30,591 nt of DNA from a bacterium (GTDB taxonomy: Bacteria; Hinthialibacterota; Hinthialibacteria; Hinthialibacterales; Hinthialibacteraceae), in contig JBHGBC010000059.1 in NCBI GenBank assembly GCA_041946805.1, forward strand, positions 1 to 30,591. Reading direction: 5' to 3'. This document shows, piece after piece, positions 25,302-30,591 of this stretch (positions are counted from its first letter, which is position 1; each line of letters begins with the position of its first letter). The notes under the pieces were generated by a model. That model made no database searches. It was not told the DNA's origin and was given only the letters and a program-made list of their open reading frames with translations. Both the position numbers and the translations under genes were made by a program.

Positions 25302-28300
25302 CTACCGGACCGGCGGCCGGCGGCTCCGCAGTGCCCGGCGGGTATCCGCGCGGCTCACGCTATCGGTCATCTCCGCGCGGGAATCCTCCTCTTGGGAGAA
25401 GAATACGCTCAAGGCCCGGATGGTGGGGAACCGGAACAAATCCACCAGCGCCAATTCCTTCTTGACGCGCTCCCGCAGTTTCATATGGACCTGGATGATG
25501 CGCAGCGAGTTGCCGCCGAGGTCGAAGAAATTGTCGTCGAGCCCCACCCGGTCTGTGTCCAGCGCCTCTTTCCAGACGGCGGCGATGGTCTTTTCGATAT
25601 CCGTTTCCGGCTGGACGAATGCCACACCGCTGTCCGCTTGCGGGCCGTCCGGTTCGGGCAGCGCGCGGCGGTCCACCTTGCCGTTGGAAGACAGCGGCAA
25701 CGCTTCGAGCCGCACGAAGGCCACGGGAATCATGTAATCCGGCAGTTTCTCCGCCAGATAGTTCCGCAGATTTTCGGGGCTGAGATCGTCCGCGCCGTGA
25801 CGGACCGAGGCGGGCAGCGTCATCATCATGGAAGAGGAGGTGGATTCCTCCAGGAACGAGAAGACGCGTTTTTGCGCCGGCTCGATCGCTCCGCCGAAGA
25901 GGCAATGTAGGTATTCATGTCCTTCGTCCAAGCCGAACGCCTCTCGTACCCGGCTGAACTCGACGCCGCCGATCGGGCACAGGCCGATGTCCCACTCCGC
26001 CGCCGCTTCCATTAGCAGCTGGCTCATGTATCCCGCCTCCAGCAGGCAGAAGTCCCGCGATTGTTCGCCATACAACGGCCGGATGGCCTTCATCCGCCCC
26101 ACTAGAAAAATAGAAAACGCCGACGAATCGAATATATCCAAATTGTTCGGCGTGTGAATGTCATGAGGGATCCGCGCCTCCGCCGAGATCTGGACCAGCC
26201 GGTGTTGCTCGGGATGATAGTAATACGTTCCGCCCGGTACGCCTTCGACGCGCCCGGGTTTCACATACAAATAGACCTGCACCGGGTACAGCCCGCCCGC
26301 CGAGGGATACCGGTATTTTGGCAGCGGCGAGTGCTCGATCTCCAACCTGGACAAGCAATCCAGAAAGCGGCCGAAGCGTTCCAGCAGCAAGGGAGACTCC
26401 AGGAACCGGCGGTAACTCTGCCGGCCGAGGTACGCCTCGCGCGCAATTTCTGAATTCTGATGCTTCGGCAAGTTGACCGATGGTTTATCCACGTCTTTCC
26501 GAATGCCGTGGTGCTTCAGTTTGAATTCCATCCGCTTCAGCGGATCGGTCAGCACCGCGCCATCCCCAGCCGAACGGCCGTTGCCGCTTTTGGCCATGGG
26601 CGCTTCGGGAATTCCGCCTTCCACTTCCCGCGCCGGGGCTTCCGGAACGATATACGCCACCAGACGCTTGTCTTTCTGCGACTGGCCCACCGCCGTCACC
26701 ACCGCCTCGCGCACGGCGGGATGCTGGGTAAGGATGTTCTCGATCTCGCCCAGCTCGATCCGGTAGCCCCGGATCTTCACCTGAAAGTCCGCCCGCCCGA
26801 TGAACTCGATGTTCCCATCCGGCAGGAAGCGCCCTAGGTCGCCGGTGCGGTACAAGCGTTCCCCCGTCCGCGGATGGGTGATGAAGCGGGCGTTGGTTTT
26901 CTCTTCGTCCCGCCAATAGCCCCGCGCGAGGCCGATGCCGCCGATGTACAGTTCCCCCGCCACCCAGGCGGGGCAAGGTTCGAGCGTTTCATTCAAGACA
27001 TAAAACCGCTGATTGACCATCGGCCGGCCGTAGGGGATGCTCTTCCACGCCGGATCGACACGCTCGATGGGATACAGGATCGACCAGATCGACGCCTCCG
27101 TCGCGCCGCCCAGGCTGATCACCCGCGGACCGTTCCCCAGGGACCGGATTTGGTCCGGCAGGTTCACGGGAATCCAATCCCCGCTAAGGAGCGCCAGCCG
27201 CAGGGTGGGGGCCAGGCGCTTGCCCTGACCGGAGACGTAATCCACCAGCAACTGCATCAGAGCCGGGACCGTGTTCCAGATCGTCACCCAGTGCCGTTCG
27301 ATTTGCTCCGCCCAATGCGCCGGATCCCGCACCCCGGCCGGATCGGGGAAGACGATGGTCCCACCTGCCGACAACAGGCCGAAGATGTCGTATACCGAGA
27401 GATCAAAGCCCAGCGACGAGAGCAGAAATCCCCGGTCTTCGTGAGTCACACCGAATCGCTGGTTGATGTCCACCACGGTGTTGAGCACGCCTTCGTGCTC
27501 TTCCATGACGCCTTTGGGAAGACCCGTCGATCCCGAGGTGTAAATCACGTAAGCCAGGTCGCGGGGATTCTGGACCGGATCCAACCGGTCATCGGCCATG
27601 CCCGCCCAGGCGTTATCATCATCCACGCACATCACTTGGACGGAAGCGGGCCATTCGAGTTTTTTCTGAATCCAGGATTGCGTCAACACGAACCGGACCT
27701 GGCCATGATCCAGCAGATGCCAGATGCGGTCCTTGGGAAATTCGGGGTCAATGGGCAGATAAGCCGCGCCGGAGTGGATCACGCCCAGCACGCCGGCGGC
27801 CTGCTCCCAGCCTTTTTCCATGACGATGGCCACCAGCTGGTTGGGCCTTGCCCCCTGGTCCCGCAGCCACCGGCCGATACGGTTCGCGCGCCGGTACACT
27901 TCCTGGTAGGACAGTACCTGGTTGCCCGCGATCACCGCCGGGTGGTCCGGCCGGAGGCGGACTTGCGCTTCGATCCGGTCTTGCAGCAGGCCTTGGGGAA
28001 GCGGCGCGCCGGTGTCGTTGTATTTCTTTTGCATTTCCACCTGCGGGGGGGGCAGCAAGTCCCGCTCGATCTTGTGCCAGGCCGCTTCGCCCCCGGCCAG
28101 CCGCCGGACCATCCGGACGAAGGCCTCGAGCATCTCGTCCATCACACCCGGTGGGAAGAGTTCGTCCACGGCGTCACATTTGATGATCAAATCGCCGTCC
28201 AGCTCGTCCACGTGCAGGTCCAGCCAAACTTGCGAGGTAGGATTGACGCCCCGGGTGATCTTGCCGAATTGTGAAACCACCGCGTCGAATTTTTCGTCGA

Positions 28301-29540
28301 TCACGCTGGTGAAGACGACCGGCATCCGCGCCTCGGTTTGGCTGCCCTTCAGGTTCGCCAATTCGCGCAGCACCTCCACGCCGTCCACGTAACGGTGTTC
28401 GAGGTCCGACCAGATTTGCGCCTGCGCCCGCTTGGCCCGCGCCTCGAAGGTCGCATCCGGGGCGGGATCGAAACCCAGCAGGAGGAGCGTATCGAAATAC
28501 CCCACGATGTCGTTGATTTGGGGATGCAGGTTCAGGCGGTTGAAGAGCGGGATGTTGATGGTCAAGCGGGGGCTTTTGCTCCAGGTGGCCAGCACGTCGG
28601 CGAAAATGGTGAGCAGCACGCCCGTGGGCGTCACGTCCACCTGGGCCGCGCGCTTCTTCAACCGGCTCCACGCATCGGCGTCCACCCGGGAGCGGCGCCG
28701 CGAGAACTGGGGCTTATCAACCGCCCCGGGGCTTTTCGCCAGCGGCAGGTCCGGTGCGGGGGGCAGCGAGGCCAGGCGGTTCATCCAATACTCACGCGAC
28801 CGTTTGTAAAGCGGAGTATCCAGGATTTTACGCGCGGCCAGGACGTAATCCCGGTAGGTGATCTCCAGGGGATTCAATACCGCATCAGGATTGTCATAGA
28901 GAACCGTCAATTCGCGAAACAGTTTCGTGATACTGGCGGCGTCGAAGGCGAGCAGGTCGAAACGAAAGTGCAGGCGCGTGCGGTCCTCGTCCAGCCGCGC
29001 CGCTCGGATGTCATACAGCGGCCACTCGTCCGCCGGCCGCAGGTGATCCAGGATGGCCGCGCTGATTTCCTTCAGCCGCGCTTCCCTTGCCTCCGCCGGC
29101 TGGCTGCGTAAATCAAGCACCTCGACTTGATAAGGCGGAACGGTCTCCAGCACTTGTTGCCGGCCATCGGGCAAAACCACCGCGCGGAGCATGTCATGCC
29201 GGGCGGTCAATCGTTCCCAAGCCCGGTTGAAGCGCTCCAAATCCAGGCCGGCGCGTTCCACTTCCACATACGCGCACGAGGCCACCGCTCCCATCTCAAA
29301 GGCCGAAGTGCGGCCAAACCAATACGCCTGCTGCAATTCCGTTAAGGGAAACGGGGCATACCTATCGGCTGGAGCGGGGACGATTTCCGGAAGCTCCGGT
29401 TCCGCCCGCCGCCCGCCGCCCTCCTGTTCACCGGCTTTTTTCCGCAACAGTTGGGCGAGCAAGGCGCGCCGTTCGGGTGACAGTTCCTCCAATTTTTTGC
29501 GGGCTTCGTCCACATTCAGGGGGGACTGGGATTTCACCAT
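25302..29540 (-). CDS. NRPS, EpoB/MtaD-type thiazole-forming module Cy-A(Cys)-Ox-PCP
   Basis: RBS AAGGAG, 1412 aa from ATG 29540; Cy FPLTELQQAYWFGR, RHDMLRA, DLLAFDAAS, PVVFTS; A YTSGSTGLPKG, YRTGDL, specificity residues read by eye as DLYNLSLIWK (Cys type); Ox KYRYPSAGGLYP and LEAGYMSQLL inserted between A8 and A9; PCP FFDLGGNSL. Confidence 0.95.
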   Translation of the reverse strand: MVKSQSPLNVDEARKKLEELSPERRALLAQLLRKKAGEQEGGGRRAEPELPEIVPAPADRYAPFPLTELQQAYWFGRTSAFEMGAVASCAYVEVERAGLDLERFNRAWERLTARHDMLRAVVLPDGRQQVLETVPPYQVEVLDLRSQPAEAREARLKEISAAILDHLRPADEWPLYDIRAARLDEDRTRLHFRFDLLAFDAASITKLFRELTVLYDNPDAVLNPLEITYRDYVLAARKILDTPLYKRSREYWMNRLASLPPAPDLPLAKSPGAVDKPQFSRRRSRVDADAWSRLKKRAAQVDVTPTGVLLTIFADVLATWSKSPRLTINIPLFNRLNLHPQINDIVGYFDTLLLLGFDPAPDATFEARAKRAQAQIWSDLEHRYVDGVEVLRELANLKGSQTEARMPVVFTSVIDEKFDAVVSQFGKITRGVNPTSQVWLDLHVDELDGDLIIKCDAVDELFPPGVMDEMLEAFVRMVRRLAGGEAAWHKIERDLLPPPQVEMQKKYNDTGAPLPQGLLQDRIEAQVRLRPDHPAVIAGNQVLSYQEVYRRANRIGRWLRDQGARPNQLVAIVMEKGWEQAAGVLGVIHSGAAYLPIDPEFPKDRIWHLLDHGQVRFVLTQSWIQKKLEWPASVQVMCVDDDNAWAGMADDRLDPVQNPRDLAYVIYTSGSTGLPKGVMEEHEGVLNTVVDINQRFGVTHEDRGFLLSSLGFDLSVYDIFGLLSAGGTIVFPDPAGVRDPAHWAEQIERHWVTIWNTVPALMQLLVDYVSGQGKRLAPTLRLALLSGDWIPVNLPDQIRSLGNGPRVISLGGATEASIWSILYPIERVDPAWKSIPYGRPMVNQRFYVLNETLEPCPAWVAGELYIGGIGLARGYWRDEEKTNARFITHPRTGERLYRTGDLGRFLPDGNIEFIGRADFQVKIRGYRIELGEIENILTQHPAVREAVVTAVGQSQKDKRLVAYIVPEAPAREVEGGIPEAPMAKSGNGRSAGDGAVLTDPLKRMEFKLKHHGIRKDVDKPSVNLPKHQNSEIAREAYLGRQSYRRFLESPLLLERFGRFLDCLSRLEIEHSPLPKYRYPSAGGLYPVQVYLYVKPGRVEGVPGGTYYYHPEQHRLVQISAEARIPHDIHTPNNLDIFDSSAFSIFLVGRMKAIRPLYGEQSRDFCLLEAGYMSQLLMEAAAEWDIGLCPIGGVEFSRVREAFGLDEGHEYLHCLFGGAIEPAQKRVFSFLEESTSSSMMMTLPASVRHGADDLSPENLRNYLAEKLPDYMIPVAFVRLEALPLSSNGKVDRRALPEPDGPQADSGVAFVQPETDIEKTIAAVWKEALDTDRVGLDDNFFDLGGNSLRIIQVHMKLRERVKKELALVDLFRFPTIRALSVFFSQEEDSRAEMTDSVSRADTRRALRSRRPPVR

Positions 29541-30077
29541 TTTCTTCTCTCCTTGCCGAATTCGCTCTCCCTTTTCACTCCAAACAGCCCCGGGAACTGC
29601 CGGATGCTCCCGGCTGCCCCGCAGGGAGCCGGTTTCACCCGCCGCCGGGAAATACATTTCCCCACTCGTGGAGCGGGAATGGATCCCGAGGCTCCACGGC
29701 CGGCATTTCCACAAGCGGAATGCCTGGAAAATCTTGCACGATGGGACAGAGATGATTGACGTGGATGAATGTCCGCTGGTCAGGTCACGGCATTTCAAAC
29801 CATGGACCGGCTTATCCTGTGCCGCGTTCCCTCAAGCCGTATAGTTCCTGATTTCGTTTTGCCTTCGCCCGTGCCTCTTTCCGGCCTTCACTTCGAAACC
29901 GGCGAACAAGCCTCCCCTTCTCGTTCCGAACCAGGCCGGATCCTTTCAGGACGCTACGAGACTCGGAGACGGATACACAGGTGTAAACGAAGCGTTTCGT
30001 GGAGGATTCCTTTTCCCCACGGGTCCGAATCCCGTGAGATTTGTACTCCGGTTTTGATGACGCCGGATACCCATTCG
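29541..30077 (-). promoter_or_regulatory. Predicted long structured 5' leader of the NRPS-PKS operon
   Basis: No credible CDS; consecutive stems at 29610-29632, 29647-29662, 29667-29698, 29702-29724, plus 29880-29940 and 30018-30036; lies between the predicted promoter and the NRPS start. Confidence 0.45.
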
Positions 30078-30083
30078 TTGAAT

Positions 30084-30111
30084 ATAGTAATTACTTTAGT
30101 AAATTTGTCAA
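30084..30111 (-). promoter_or_regulatory. Sigma70-type promoter facing the NRPS-PKS operon
   Basis: Minus strand TTGACA (30111-30106), 16 nt, TACTAT (30089-30084) in an AT-rich patch; overlapping palindrome AGTAATTACT (30086-30095). Confidence 0.6.
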
Positions 30112-30250
30112 CATTTTGAAGCATTATAACGATTGACTTCTCTGGAAGAGCCAGGTTCTATTGAGTGATTCCAATATATCTTAGGAATAATAATAGGATA
30201 CCGCTTATCCGGTTGCACGAATATCAGGTATCCCGCCTTTTCAGGGCTTC

Positions 30251-30357
30251 TCTATCCCTACTCCTCTCCCAGAGGGAGAAGGAATGTAAGACTTTCATCG
30301 CCATGTTCCCAGGGCGTTGCCCTGGGCTGGCTTCTTGCGCGCCGTTGGCGCTCGAAA
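30251..30357 (+). repeat. Composite REP-like element, copy 3
   Basis: CTCTCCC-AGA-GGGAGAAGGAA, 23-nt spacer (30285-30307), CCCAGGGC-GTT-GCCCTGGG perfect hairpin, GCGCC-GTT-GGCGC hairpin. Confidence 0.78.
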
Positions 30358-30508
30358 GGCAGGTTGGCCTTTCGGTTAATCATTCATTGCGAAATTTCGA
30401 CCGAACTAAGTTGATTCACGCCGCGGCAGTTGGGCCGCCCCATGTCCCGCCGGACTTGTTTATCCGATTTTTGGTTCATCCGACAAGTGCGTACCGCCGG
30501 CGCTATTG

Positions 30509-30558
30509 GCCCAGGGTTGAAACCCTGGGCTGTTGTAAAGCCGTCCCCTGAAGGGGAC
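30509..30558 (+). repeat. REP-like double hairpin, family B variant
   Basis: GCCCAGGGTT-GA-AACCCTGGGC followed by GTCCCC-TGAA-GGGGAC; same two-hairpin layout as the B part of the composite element. Confidence 0.75.
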
Positions 30559-30591
30559 TCCCATAAAGCCGAGACGCCAACCCATTCCAGA

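Noticed and set aside
23069..28274. 509-aa and 466-aa plus-strand ORFs
   Set aside because: Antisense shadows of the PKS and NRPS, a common artefact in such genes
16570..29540. Cluster as a mobile genomic island
   Set aside because: No integrase, transposase, tRNA or flanking direct repeats seen, and composition looks similar to the flanks by eye; the absence of REPs is explained by little intergenic space
29541..29798. 86-aa N-terminal extension of the NRPS in the ORF track
   Set aside because: TTG start, no NRPS-like sequence, runs through hairpins; a strong AAGGAG RBS supports ATG 29540
29945..29965. ops/JUMPstart element (minus strand CTCGTAGCGTCC)
   Set aside because: Only GTAGCGT matches; the GGCG 5' half and the JUMPstart context are missing
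30165..30551. 128-aa plus-strand ORF (and 19-330 +, 728-943 +)
   Set aside because: Translations of REP-containing intergenic or antisense DNA; no RBS or protein-like features

Overview
Chromosomal window of roughly 60% GC (by eye) from a diderm bacterium (LptB present); the lineage cannot be determined from the sequence alone. The left half (1-16.4 kb) is housekeeping and envelope genes: tspO, a RelBE-type TA pair with a frameshifted antitoxin, a nucleotide-sugar dehydrogenase/methyltransferase/lptB unit, smpB, a DUF374 acyltransferase, a GT4, an AAA+/VWA pair, a secreted 7-repeat beta-propeller-like protein, tilS, mgtE and a tandem DUF1080 protein. Its intergenic spaces carry at least five distinct REP-like palindrome families. 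The right half (16.6-30.1 kb, minus strand) is a compact hybrid biosynthetic cluster. It encodes an EpoB-like NRPS (Cy-A[Cys]-Ox-PCP), a single-module PKS (KS-AT[malonyl]-KR-ACP), an Sfp-type PPTase, a stand-alone left-handed beta-helix (LbH) acyltransferase and a polysaccharide-deacetylase-like protein. The PKS ends in a CatB/Vat-type LbH domain instead of a thioesterase. No loading module or TE is visible in the window, the Cy domain has non-canonical active-site motifs, and the operon sits behind a predicted ~540-nt hairpin-rich leader. This cluster is the best candidate for an undescribed system. Several starts were moved from the ORF track to RBS-supported codons. All family assignments are by motif recognition, not database search.
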